Shown piece by piece: positions 43,039-57,079 of a stretch of DNA of 64,000 bases. The translations under genes were made by a program, and so were the position numbers. The first letter of the stretch is position 1; each line of letters begins with the position of its first letter. Where the stretch lies: the NCBI RefSeq assembly GCF_009914755.1, contig NC_060931.1, one strand, 5' to 3'. Source of the stretch: the human T2T-CHM13v2.0 reference genome, Homo sapiens. The notes beneath the pieces are model-generated. The model did not search any database. It saw nothing but the letters and a program-made list of their open reading frames with translations, and was not told the DNA's origin.

Positions 43039-45524
43039 TACCAAAAAAAAAAGAAAAAAAATTAAACAAATTCTTGGAAATATCTCAAACGTTAACAACA
43101 ATATGGATTTTTTTCACACATAATGCTACTACTAAGCATGTACATGAATTTTTAAATTTATAGATGTAAACTTTTAATAAAAATTGGGGTGTGGTAACCC
43201 ATCATTCTATGTTTTTCTTAACATAGCTGGCACAGGGTTTAACACATAATTGCCAAAAAAATATTGCTTAAAGTTCTTTAAAAAGAACTATGTTTTATAA
43301 ATGATTCTATATTATTCTGAGTTGTCAGCATATATTTACTGTTTTATGTTTTTTCACTTCCCTTTCAATACTTATAACTTTCTACCCAGAAATTTTGTGG
43401 TTAAATTTCTGTTTTCTTTCCCAAACTTTCTCTTGCTTATGGAATTAGGAAGCTTATTTTTCTGATATGCAGTTCACCTATCTTGTGACTTTTCCCCAGA
43501 ATGCCAACTGGGTTGAGGGTTCAGTCTGTGGTCACGGAGCACGGTGAATTTAACCAGCAGCAGAATCACGGTTATAAGCATGCACTTAGGAGCCAGACAG
43601 TTCTGGCTCTGCCACTTTACTGCCCAACTCACTTTGGATAAGCTACTTAATTCTTTCTAAATTTGTTTCTCCTAGCATAGGATGAAGACAATAATGGTTA
43701 TATCTTCTGTTTTGTGTAGGGGTTAAGTAATACACTAATGCAACTATAACACTCAGCATATTACCTGGTCCATGGTAAGATACAATAAGTGTTAACTAGT
43801 ATTATTACTGAGAAAGGATCTAGACAAAATTTCTAAAGTGCTTTAAGAAACATGCTATTTTACCCTATCATCATGAAGACTCAACACCACAGTCTTTTCT
43901 TTAACAAGGTGAGCACACATGAGAGAGAAATCTCCATCACCTACAACAGGTCCTTCTGGCATCCTATTGAGTTTACATGAGTCACATTTCACTACCATTG
44001 TGTTAATGACTAAGAGAAAACTTGCCTCTGCTTCTGTAACAAATGACAAGTTGTAATTACCTAAATCAGTAACCACTTTTGTGGTCAGTGTTTTCTTGTT
44101 GCTGTCTCACATTTACAGTGCTATTTTGTATACTTCAGTGATCAGAATACTCAGAAATACTAATTGATTGTCACACTTTAAAAAAAAACATTAAAATTAT
44201 CTATTATTTGGTCTGGAAGGGAGTCTGAAAGTTGTACCAAAGTTTGGCTTCTAGCACAATGCCCTCCCACTCTGATCATCATAAATGCTCAACAAATATC
44301 TGTTGACTCTTGTCTAAACTCTTCATTTTGAAATGGAGAAAATAAAGTTTCAGAGAAGTCACCTGACAAATTTCTTCGGTCAAGACTCTGGACTTCTGGC
44401 TGAACAGTCAGCAACACACCCCACCACGTGTCTTCATCAAATGTGCTCTGAGTATTAAGGGATTCAGGGATTAGTTACTGAATGTCTTATCTATTTTTCC
44501 TCAAGAAAAGCTTTTTATCCTCCTATTTAAATTTACAAAACCCTCTCCATACAGTCCTCCCAACCTCCACCAAGCGCTTCCTGTCTCTCTCTCTCAGTCT
44601 ATTTTCCCCCGTAGCACCATCACCACCTGGCATACTACAATTTATTTGTTTATTTAATTGTGGTTTGTCTCTAGAAGTTTTCCACCTGCAAGTTAGTATT
44701 TATTTAGTGAAGTGTTCAGTATATCTCCCTTTCTCTGATTAAAATAAATACAAAGTAAGTACATGCTATGGCATTCAGTAACCTGTAGAAGATGGTCCTA
44801 ACCAACATCTCTAACTTTCAGTTTACCATTGGAGACAAAGTTTGCAGCCCAACAATTCAAAATTAAAACCTTGACTCTTCCACCTTGTCATTGAGAACTT
44901 GGACAAATGACGTGAACTTTTTGAATCTGTTTTTTTTTTATATATAAAATTAGTGATTAGGCTAGATTATCTGAATACTTATAATCTCTTAGATCAGAAA
45001 CGGGTACATAGAAAGAAGCCTAACAAATGTCCTCTATTATTATACTTCCCGTGGACATTTTCCCACCACCTGGAATTTGGTCATACTGATCCCTCCACCT
45101 GAGATCTCCCTCCACTCCACCCCATTTCAGCCTTTTGAAATCCTACTCTTCTTATGAGACTATCTCTCCCATTCTACCTCAAGAGTATTTTGTGTGTCTC
45201 TTAAGTCATTTAACGTTACTTTACTTTTTCTCATTATAATTTCTACGGTTGTTTTAATTTCAGTACTACATTGGAGATTTCCCAAGTCAGAAGCACTGTT
45301 CATCTTTGAAAAGTGTCATATCAACTAACAAATTGTCTGGACAATGTAATTGACTTTAAAAGCAGGCAAGAGTGGTGCTTATAAAAGTTTATATTGGATC
45401 AAACTTCCTAAATGCCTCAATAATGTGTTTACATGAGGAAAATAGTAAACTAAGTAATGAGAATGATCAGTTATATATGATGGGAGTTAAAGTAATATAG
45501 AAACAAAATTGGTAAGAGAAATCA

Positions 45525-45813
45525 TTTATTTTTATTTGTATTTTATTTTATTTTATTTTTTTGAGATGGAGTCTTACTCTCTCGCCCAGGCTGGAGTGCA
45601 GTGGTACGATCTTGGCTCACTGCAATCTCTGCCTCCTGGGTTCAAGCAATTTCATGCCACCACACCTGGCTATTTTTTTTTTTTTTTTTTTCAGTAGAGA
45701 AGGGATTTCATCATTCTGGCCAGGCTGGTCTCGAACTCTTGACCTCATGTGAGCCTCCTGCCTCAGCCTCCCAAAGTGCTGGGATTACAGGTGAGAGCCA
45801 CCACTCCCAGCCA
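45525..45813 (-). mobile_element. AluS with the same internal deletion (copy 2)
   Basis: TSD AGAGAAATCATTT. Confidence 0.9.
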
Positions 45814-45924
45814 GAGAAATCATTTTGATATCCTGAATTATAAGTAGTTGCTAAGATACTCAGAGCATCAGACACAGATCATCCTTTGACTTGGCATTCT
45901 CTTCATCTAGAAAAGGAATCTTAG

Positions 45925-46324
<400 letters not shown>

Positions 46325-46422
46325 TTAAAACAAATATCAAATGAACCAAGAGCGTCTGAAGTGTACTTTCTTTAAAGAAACCATAATTTCAATGGTCAAA
46401 ACAGTTACTATGCACTTTTTAA

Positions 46423-46555
46423 ATTTATTTATTTATTTATTTATATTTATTTATTTTTTTGTAGAGACCGGGGTCTCGGTATGTTGCCTAGGCTGGTCTC
46501 AAACTCCTGAACCTTTGGTCTCAAGTGATCCTCCTGTATCGGCCTCTCAAAGTCA
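46423..46555 (-). mobile_element. Alu monomer (FLAM or left-arm fragment)
   Basis: (TTTA)n tail then GTAGAGAC...CTCAAGTGATCCTCC. Confidence 0.75.
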
Positions 46556-47256
46556 CTCTATAAATTTTAGAAGAGCAGACTTTGAAAGGTAACCTAGTTT
46601 ACTTACACGAAATAAAAAAGCAGAAATAATGTGTTTCTTGCAAAAATCACAAGATAAAATAAGACCAGAATCCTGATCTTTTTTGAGTTCAAGTTAGTAT
46701 TAGCTCAATTCCAGTTTAACTGCCTTCAATGTTTTATTTTTCTTTATATAGATTTTTAACAACATAACAAATCACAAAAATTGTCAAAACCTTGTTTTTC
46801 CTATTTTTGCATACCAAAGTAAAAATTTCATGGTTGTTACTCTTTTATAATTTAAAAGTGAAAATGGTTACTTTTATTTTTATTAACTAATTTCTATAAA
46901 ACATTTGTGAAACGACAGTGGGCTAATTAATCAAAGTTCATTGCTGGTTGCACCTGTCATTTTTACTAAAGAATGGTTTCTACTCATACTACTTGTAAAA
47001 TAAATTTTACCGGGGTACTATGTAAAATATAAGTAAAAACCTAACAAAACATTTGGACACAGCTAAACAAATTTTAAAATTTATTTATTCAAAATTTTTG
47101 AATATTGCTGATAAACTATTTCTGCAAGTATACATGAGAAATTGCTTAACATGGTTCTTCTCTGGGAGGTAAATTCGGTGTCTAGGCATAGAAGACTACA
47201 CATCCTTTTGTTTAAAAAAAAATGTTCTCATCATTTTACTATTTAAAACCAAACAG

Positions 47257-47601
<345 letters not shown>

Positions 47602-47861
47602 TCATGCAATTTCAACATTTTGCAATTCACTTCAGTTTAATCAATTTACTTAAGATATTAGAATATGAATTATTTAATAACAATAAAAAAGACTAACAAG
47701 TATTTTGTTTCTAATACGTCTCATAATACGATGGGAAAAGTTAAAGAACCAATATGGGCTTATAAGTATTTATCCCTCTAAGCAACTAGATGATTTCATG
47801 GGAAAGAAACTTCAAAGCCAAAATAATTATATTTTTATGACTTAGAACAAACACACATTAA

Positions 47862-48055
47862 CAAAAAATTAGTCAGGCGTGGTAGCCGGCGCCTGTAGTC
47901 CCAGCTCCTCCGGAGGCTCAGGCGGGAGAATGGCGTGAACCCGGGAGGCGGAGCTTGCAGTGAGCGGAGATCGTGCCACTCACTCCAGCCTGGGCGACAG
48001 AGCGAGACTCCGTCTCAAAGAAAAAAACAAAAAAACAAAAAAACAAAAAAAAGAA
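47862..48055 (+). mobile_element. AluY right arm (5'-truncated)
   Basis: GGAGAATGGCGTGAACCCGGGAGGCGGAGCTTGCAG. Confidence 0.92.
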
Positions 48056-49391
48056 CAAAAACACAATAATTTATTTAACCAATTTATTTAACTTAGGTGC
48101 TGAACCTATTTAATTTAGGCCACATTCACGTTGATTACTTTCACTAATTTAAGGTATTTTTGACCAACCTTTTAAATTTAAGTAATAGAAAATTTTAAAA
48201 ATGAATTAGAGCACAAGACAGATATGGACATTTGTCTAGTCTCCCTGCTTATTTACAAGTAAACTTCAGCAGATGCTCTAACTACTCTGAGCTTGGAAAA
48301 CCCTGGTATTTCAAATATTGAAAGTGAAGCTCTTAAACATTTTCTTTGTGAAAATGATTTATCATATATAGACATACCAACACAATTAGAGACACAACAT
48401 AGCTTAGCTGATTCACTACTTCCCTGCCTTACTATACATTTTACAAATTAGAAAACCAAAACTAAGAAAAATTAAATGACTTCTTCAGTGATGGCCTGTG
48501 GCAGAGCTGCAACTACACGCCAGGAGTATTCATTAAGTGGTTCATTGTTTTTTTCATTCTAATTTATTCATTGAGGTTGAGCGGAGCGTGGTAAGAAACT
48601 AGGAACGAACAAAAACTCCTGCTTCCTAAACAGGGAATGGTCATGGGTGTCTTGGGTCAGCTACTCTGAAATATTAAGTTAATATTTCACTTGCCTTTGA
48701 CTCTGTGAGGCAGGAGGTTATCTCTGGAAAGAAAGAGAAATATCCAACTGCTAGGGAAGGTTTCTTACATTCATGTTTGATTTTTCTTCTACTCTTTTGA
48801 CCACCATCAACAAGACTTTACTTACAGTTAAAGGGAAAGTTTTATTGCATGTAAACTTTTTTCACATCGGACACTTTTCCTGGCTTTCCAGAGCAACAGC
48901 TAGATAAATAGTGCTTGCCAGAAAGTGGAGAAACTAATACTAAATGAATCCACTGCCTACATCCAGGAAGGTTCAGGAGCCAGGAATTCAAAATCCTTGG
49001 TGTCAAGTGTCACCCAAAACTTAGGGTTCGGGAGTGGAGAAAGGCTTTCGGTTAAGAACTTTAAGATTCCTGCTTCTGTCTTCTCTTATATCATCCTTTG
49101 ATGCACCCCTCTACATAACATTCCCCCGGAAAAATAAAAAAAATACAAACTCTGCTGCTGTTGAGGATGCAGATGATTATTTAATAATAGAAAATGTTCT
49201 TGCAACTTGTAAACGATATTCACACCCTGTTGCCCCCTCCTCGCCCAAAATGTATAAACCCATATTAGGCCTCGAACAAGCCGGATGGACACAAATGAGC
49301 AGAACACTGGTGGGTATTTCTGGGATTAGGGCTAAGCTTCATTTTCTTTTCAGCCTTTTCTTAAGCGTCCGCATTCTCCACTATGCATTTA

Positions 49392-49466
49392 TTACGTTGG
49401 TGCAAAACTAATTGCACCAACCTATATATGTAATTAGAGAAAAGTAATTACTTTTGCAACAACCTA
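49392..49466. mobile_element. Rearranged MADE1 (Hsmar1 MITE) remnant
   Basis: TIR-like TTACGTTGGTGCAAAACTAATTG and TAATTACTTTTGCAACAACCTA. Confidence 0.75.
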
Positions 49467-49579
49467 TGTATGTAATTAGGGAAAAGCTATATCTAGCATA
49501 TTTTTAAAACTCTTTGAGAGGTGAAGGGTAGTTATTTCCTGCTGGGTAGTGTACTCCTTTTCCTAGCTTCACAAACAAA

Positions 49580-50180
49580 ACCCGGATGTGACTTGGAAAC
49601 GGAAAAAAAAAAAAGGAGCGGGGGTGCGCGGAGAACACAAAGTAAAACTTCTGCTGTTCCCAGTCCTGCAGCCCCAGCCCAGCCGTCCCCCGCGGGCGTG
49701 GCAGGTCCTGAGTCAGGGCCTGTCCGTGGCCAGCATCCCTGCTGGGCGATTGAGCAGCGGGAAGCTGCTTGGACCCAGTCTCAAACTTAACCCTCATCTA
49801 GCACCCGGGCAGGCCTCCTGGGTTGCAGGGACTTGAGAAAAGGCAGAGTTCTCAGGTCCTAGGAAGCTGGGGCACGCTGGCGTGACAAGCGTCCCGGAGA
49901 AAGCCAAGCCCTCGGGGAGCTGGGGACCGCAGCAGGGCTGCAGTCACATCCTGCGCGGGTGGGCGGCGGGCCAGGCCTTCAGTTGTTTCGGGACGCGCCG
50001 AGCTTCGCCGCTCTTCCAGCGGCTCCGCTGCCAGAGCTAGCCTGAGCCCGGTTCTGGGGCGAAAATGCCTGCCCTTCACATCGAAGATTTGCCAGAGAAG
50101 GAAAAACTGAAAATGGAAGTTGAGCAGCTTCGCAAAGAAGTGAAGTTGCAGAGACAACAAGTAAGTTGGCTGTTCCGGAA
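49580..50180 (+). promoter_or_regulatory. GNG11: GNG11 CpG island promoter and 5' UTR
   Basis: GC/CpG-rich segment with GC boxes (GGGCGG at about 49961) and ETS-like CCGGAT/CGGAA immediately upstream of the ATG. Confidence 0.85.
50065..50160 (+). CDS. GNG11: GNG11 coding exon 1 (MPALHIEDLPEKEKLKMEVEQLRKEVKLQRQQ)
   Basis: ATG at 50065, 32 codons, |GTAAGT at 50161. Confidence 0.98.
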
Positions 50181-52809
50181 TATTTCCTTCTCTGAAATGA
50201 AGCAGGGTCCGATTTTTCCTGCTTAGTAACAGTAAAGCAAATAGTTTAGCTTATTTTTCCCCCTTTTTGTAGCTTCTCTTCTCACCACCCTTTGGCAGTG
50301 CCTGGGGACTGCCAGCTGATGTGGGGAAATCCTAGGAGGTAGAGGAGGGAGCAAGGATCTGATAAGTAATTTAAGGCCAAATGTCCTAACTTTTAAGATG
50401 CCTAGGAAGGGGAAAATAGACAAGAAATCTTGCTTTCCATTAGACAGCTGTTTTTCAAAACTCACTTGTAGGAAAAAAGCGGATAGCTACTTGGTTCTTT
50501 GATCTTTTACACTACTAGAAAGGATGATATTTGAAAGAAATTTTCTAAAACCGTATTTTAAAGTCTTACAAGTACATTATTTAATTTTGAATTTCACCAG
50601 TGGCCTTCAGTGATATGCAAAGAACAGTCCACCGAAATTTGGGAACAAAATATTAGAATTTCTATATTTATTTGTAAATCTCATCCCTTTATAATTTTCA
50701 CTTTATGTTTTATTAGTATGCGATTAATACAGTAGTATCTGTACTTATTTATAAATAATTATACATACACTGTGGTGCATATGAAAAATTTTTTTAGTGA
50801 TCACAATTTTAAAGTTTTAGAGACTATTGATAGAGATTACCATTTCATTGAGAACATATGACCCAGTATTCAATATTCTCCACTGAAACGTCTCGGGAGT
50901 TTTATAAGTTTTACTTCAATTTCTTACTGGTCATCAAGACCTTCCTTCAGACACTAATCCCTCTTCCTGTTTTAACTCAATCAGGCATCCTGTAGACTAG
51001 GAAAGGTCTTTGAATAGATATTGTTTAAAGATAATTAACCTTTCCTCTTCAGCAAGAAAATTTTGAACTGATCTTATTTATTATGGTTTAGCACTAGAAA
51101 AAATTAAGAAAAACAATGGAAATGAAGCGTTATAATATGCTCACTTGCCTTCCTGTTCTAGTTATAATAAATCTGTTAAGGGCAAGAGTCTTCACTGTTG
51201 AGTGATGATTAGAAGATGCAGGCATTTTTGTGTTTTACTTTTTACATATTTCTTTTCTCAAATTTAACCTTTCACATCCAAATCCCGGCTCTTCCTAGCT
51301 TTTATAATGAGCTGTCCCTTCTATCATGTTAAGGGTTTGTAGCTTTAAAAACACCAACGCGTTTAAAGGGGAAAAAAAGGAAGTTACACTACCCAATCAA
51401 TAAGCACGCTTCTTGAAACCTTAAGGGACCCATTTTATGGATGGCGAAGTTCCCAGTACAGCAAGTGCTGGCCACTTAGATATGTTCACACAATAAACCT
51501 TAGGAGTTACATATTAAACAGAGTTTCATATGCTGAAGTACAGCATTGTCTATGCAAGGTTCTAATATCTTAATATTTGGTATCACTGTGTAGAACTTAG
51601 GAAAAAAGACAAGCGTCTTCTACTTACTCAGAGTTTTAAGTTAAGTGATGTGGATGCAACCGACTATGTAAAAATTGACTGTATCATTCATTAGCAGTTT
51701 CTCCCTGCTAGCCAGCCTGACCCTTTAGGACACGGCCTGTGGCATCAACTTCCCACCTCCAGAAACCTCAAGTGTATGCCAGAGGGAGAAAAAACTTTGG
51801 ATATATGTAACCTTAGGAAATACAGAAAGAGGCATCTAAATCTCAACAATAATATTAAGACATTTGATTATACACTTGGAATTATACATTATTATTGCTA
51901 GGCAAGCATTGGAATGTTTAGAGATCATTCATCTCCCTCACTTTAAGGATTAAAAGAAACTTGAGTCCCACAAAGGCTAACTAGCTCCACATTTAAGACC
52001 ACAGAGATAGATAGTGATAGGGCAGGTACTAAAACATTCTTCTTCTCATTCCCAGTCCATTATTCAGTCAATAAATAGTTAACATCTGGGCTACGTGTTC
52101 AGTCCTTAACTTAGGCCCAGACAAAACTTGCAAGTTGCATTCTGGCTGTAGTTAAATGTTTATCAAACATGTCCTCTTGATTATGGAAGGAAATGTATCA
52201 GAGGAGCAATTACTCACATTTGGAGGTTACAGACCTCTTCTGAAACCTAATGAAAAAACCTTGTAAGAAAAGATTCAATGTAGGGAGCATGTATCTTGCT
52301 GAGAAATTAACCTGGGACGACAGACCCTAAATTATGACACGTGCATTATCAACTCTAAAAATTCACTTAAAATGCATGCACTCTGAATGTCAACAAACGA
52401 GAGCAAATGTTACCTGAAAGAATTGTATTTGAAAGATTTTATTTTGCCAGATTTTAAGTCACACAACTACATCACCTAGTTTTCAATTTGAGGTCAGAGG
52501 CTTCCACACTGATTTGCAGAGGATAATCATTTGGGGTGTGGAAGTAAAATGTTAACATTGCTATTTCTGTTTAGTTTTAAACCTCACCCATTTATAATTT
52601 CCAGTTTATGTTTTATAATTTTGCATGATGTATTAACAAAGCAGTGTCTGTACTTATTTGTAGTTAAAAATTATATTCATTTTGGGATACACATGCAAAC
52701 ATGTTTTAGTAGTAACCGTTAAAACAGTTTGAGGTTACTAATTTAGATTACTAATTCAATGGGAACATTTGCCCAGTTTTCATAGGTCTCCATTTAAATT
52801 TGCTGGTGC

Positions 52810-53116
<307 letters not shown>

Positions 53117-54017
53117 TTAAATTTGCTGGTACTTCTGTAATTTTTACTTTAAATTTCTTACTAGCAATACAGGCCTTCATTAAAACCCTAATTTCTTTTC
53201 TTTTGTTTTTATTCTTTTTTTAATTCATTCTTGCAACCTGTCTTTTAAGGATAGATAGACTTTTTGAAGAAACTCTTCTTTTAAGAATAGACTTTTTGAA
53301 GACACTATTCAATTTTTTCTCCATCTCAGAAAAAAATTTATTCTCAGATAAGCCTAATAAGTCTCAGATAAGTCTTTTATTATGATCATTGCCCTCATGC
53401 AGCAGGAAGAAATTCTGAGGAGCAACACAGAGTGCGATATTTGGACAATTCCAATCTTTCCAGAATCAGGCTTTTTCCAAAGCTTCTATCATTTCGTGAA
53501 ATTTCAGAACATGGCACACACCCATAAGTGAGAATCGTGGCATTACACACCCCAAAACATTTGGGGATTATCTACTACTGCACCTGCTCATTAGCATGGA
53601 AAATTAAAATAAGAGTATATTTCAGTTCCTAAAATATTGTAGACATGGCATAATTGTATTTTAGCAGAGGAAGGAAATCATATGAGACACAATGGAAAAA
53701 AACTGCTGGAGATGATTTATTTAATGCAGTGACTTTCAAACATTTTTTAATTTGACCAACGACCAACAGTAAGAAATATATTTTACATAGGTTGCATCAT
53801 AGGTATAGTAATAGAATAAAAATATTAGAGTGCAGAGCCCAGATTTTATATATGTATTATATATATAATATATACACACACACATGCACATATATATATA
53901 AATGTAAAAAAATGTTTAAAAACTTCTTGTATTCAATTATACTTATTTCATTAAGGCGTAGGGACAAAGTTTAAACAACCCTAACCTAATGTATTCTCTT
54001 TTTTTTCTATACTTAAG

Positions 54018-54143
54018 GTGTCTAAATGTTCTGAAGAAATAAAGAACTATATTGAAGAACGTTCTGGAGAGGATCCTCTAGTAAAGGGAATTCCAGAAGA
54101 CAAGAACCCCTTTAAAGAAAAAGGCAGCTGTGTTATTTCATAA
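54018..54143 (+). CDS. GNG11: GNG11 exon 2 coding part (VSKCSEEIKNYIEERSGEDPLVKGIPEDKNPFKEKGSCVIS*)
   Basis: Branch CCTAAC/CTAAT, T tract, AAG| acceptor; CAAX CVIS; 73 aa in total. Confidence 0.98.
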   Translation: MSKCSEEIKNYIEERSGEDPLVKGIPEDKNPFKEKGSCVIS

Positions 54144-54420
54144 ATAACTTGGGAGAAACTGCATCCTAAGTGGAAGAACTAGTTTGTTTTAGTTTTCCCA
54201 GATAAAACCAACATGCTTTTTAAGGAAGGAAGAATGAAATTAAAAGGAGACTTTCTTAAGCACCATATAGATAGGGTTATGTATAAAAGCATATGTGCTA
54301 CTCATCTTTGCTCACTATGCAGTCTTTTTTAAGAGAGCAGAGAGTATCAGATGTACAATTATGGAAATAAGAACATTACTTGAGCATGACACTTCTTTCA
54401 GTATATTGCTTGATGCTTCA

Positions 54421-54426
54421 AATAAA
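54421..54426 (+). terminator. GNG11: GNG11 polyadenylation signal
   Basis: AATAAA about 280 nt after the stop, followed by GT-rich sequence. Confidence 0.85.
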
Positions 54427-56588
54427 GTTTTGTCTTGGGAAGATGAGTGTTGGTGATTTAAGAAGACACTTTTCATGCATTAACTTTTATATTTCTCCCC
54501 GTAATCTTTTGGGTGTGGAGTATGATTGGGTTTGGAATATGATTCAGAAGGTTAGGTGGTTCGACAGATCACATCTCCAAACCCTGCGTCAATGGTTTAG
54601 AGTGCTGAGTTCTGACCTCTGGAACGTGTTTGATCTAACCTTAACTATTAAGAAACTGAGCAGGTAGAATTCCTATAACATTGACAGAAGTCAGATTATC
54701 TGAGTCAGGAACAAGGCCAAGCCACATCTATGTTAGTACTTCCCTAGTTTATCATCATTTAGATCTTCTTAATAGTGTTCCTGTAGTAGTAGCCTTGAAG
54801 AAAATACTGAGTTGGGGTTCAGGAAGAGTGCCCTGCCTCTCTGCCGTGTAGTGGCCAGGCCAGCCCTGGCTTTGAGAGCCAGTACTTATTCCTGCACAGA
54901 GCTACATCTCCCATGTGCTCTCCAGGTCTTGGGCATGGCACTACTCCAGTTCTGTGGCATTGGTGCAGACACTTGGACCTCTGCACTCATGCTTGCCAGC
55001 ATTTTCCAGCAGGCCTGGGCCAAACATGCCTTTTTTTCTTCTCCTCCAAAGGAACCAGTGAATCTTTGCCCACTTTAAAGATTAGTTGGTCTTTTTCTTA
55101 CTGATTTGTAGGAATTCTTCATATATTCTGGCCATTTATTCGTGTTTGGTGATATGTGTTGCGAATACCTTCTCCCAGTCTGTGGCTTACCTTTTCACAG
55201 TGACCTTCCCTTCAGTGGTTTTATCCTGCAGGGCAACACGTCAGAGTATAACTCCTGCTCAAGTTCATAACAAAGGTACCTGAAGCCCAAACCTCACAAA
55301 AAGGGACCTTTCTTTCTCACCTTGAGCATTCTCCCGCTTCTTCTCCGTCTTTTGGGTCAAAATTGCTCCAAGTTTGAGCCAAAAGAAAAACGTGGAAAAA
55401 CCCTTGCTGGTTAGCTCTAGCTCAAATGGACTTAGTCATTAACTTGACCTGCAATTTTCAATGTGGCACCAGAAGCCAATGTTTCTCCTTGACTAGCTCT
55501 TTTCTCCCACTTACACATGTAGGTATACCTTACTATCAAGCGAGAGAGGCGCCTGTAACCTGTAGCAGCTTTCTAAAGTATATCAGCATCCTCGTTCTGA
55601 AATTCCTTTCCTTTCCCTCTCTGGGAAAGAACAGAATACCCCAGGCTTTTGAAAAATAGTTTACACAGACCAAAAGCAGAAACTATTTCCTTCAGTTTCC
55701 TGACACTGTCCAAGTGATGACATCAATTGGCTTTACTGAGAGCCCAGGGATAATTTTAGCCCAAAACTACTACTCCTAGGAAGGAGTAGTATGATCTACT
55801 ACTCTTAGGAAGGATTTAGGAATAGTAAAGGTGTATTTCTTCCAAACAGCATAGAACTATTAGTACTATTAGTCATTTAACATTTAACATGGCATGGGAT
55901 TTTAGAGCTTTGGTGCCTGTAAAGTTTTACTTCTATTAGCTGTTTCATTTCTTTGCACTTATAAAGTTTTCTTCTGTTGCCTATGAAAGCAAACATTTAT
56001 TCCGGTTACTGGCAAGGCAGTTTAAATCACCTGCTTCTTTCATGAAAGGCCAAGACAATACATTTATTCCCTAACTTGTTGGGAGTTGCGATTACAAGTC
56101 TATATCCTGATTTCTATTAGCACATTCAGCTATCCATTTGTGTACACTCCCAAGTCCTAGCTTTTGCTCTTCATGTCTCTTTCAACCATATGATCAATCA
56201 GTCGGACGACTTCTGGTTTTTCCTGAATAAATATCTAATCTTATAGGTGCTTCTATTAAATATAATTCTGTTTCTTTTTCTTACCATTTATCATTATAAC
56301 CCAGCCAACATGTAGAAGTGCAATAAAAATATTTTAATTTTCAACTGTTCAACTGCTAAAATTATTAGCTTGTAATTAAAAAAGAAAAAATACATCCACT
56401 ATATATTTAGATATATTGTAAATGTAACCTTTGGTGACTGATAATTTGTTAAGTAGAATTTAAATTATGTATCCAATTTATTCAAAGTGTATAGTTGTGT
56501 AATTATTTACTATTTGATTAAAAATAGTTATCATGCATTGTGTAGTGAGACTTAGGTTCTATAAACTCATATAGAATTAGAAAAATCA

Positions 56589-56900
56589 GGCCGGGCAGGG
56601 TGGCTCACGCCTATAATCCCAGCACTTTGGGAAGCTGAGGCAGGCAGATCACGAGGTCAGGAATTTGAGACCACCCTGACCAACATGATGAAACCCCGTC
56701 TCTCCTTAAAAATACACAAAAAATTAGCCAGGTGTGGTGGCGCACACATGTAATCCCAGCTACTCAGGAGGCTGAGGCAGGAGAATCACTTGAACCCTGG
56801 AGGCGGAGGTTGCAGTTAGCAGAGATCACGCCACTGCACTCCAGCCTGGGTGACAGAGTGAGACTCCATCTCAAAAAAAAAAAAAAAAGAAGAAAGAAAA
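56589..56900 (+). mobile_element. AluS (Sg-like)
   Basis: Full Alu with A tail. Confidence 0.93.
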
Positions 56901-57079
56901 ATTGGGCTTTTCTATTTCTAGGCAGAAGCTACCTTAAAGCTCACCCACACTTGGTATTGTGAGACCAAAATTTTTTGTATGCTAGATGCAAATTAATATC
57001 TCACCATTGTCTAAATTTGCATTTCTTTGATTTCCAATGATTTTTAGTCAGTTTTCGTGTGTGTCAATTTTCTCTTTTG

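Noticed and set aside
42951-43163. 70-aa ORF in the pseudo-exon
   Set aside because: The ATG arose by CpG decay (ACG>ATG); it is out of the G-gamma frame and has no promoter
41006-44742. Twin ORFs MSYLFFLKKSFLSS at 41006 and 44482
   Set aside because: By-product of the tandem duplication over L2-like sequence, not a gene family
49034-49836. ORFs upstream of GNG11
   Set aside because: No recognisable domains; promoter-proximal random ORFs
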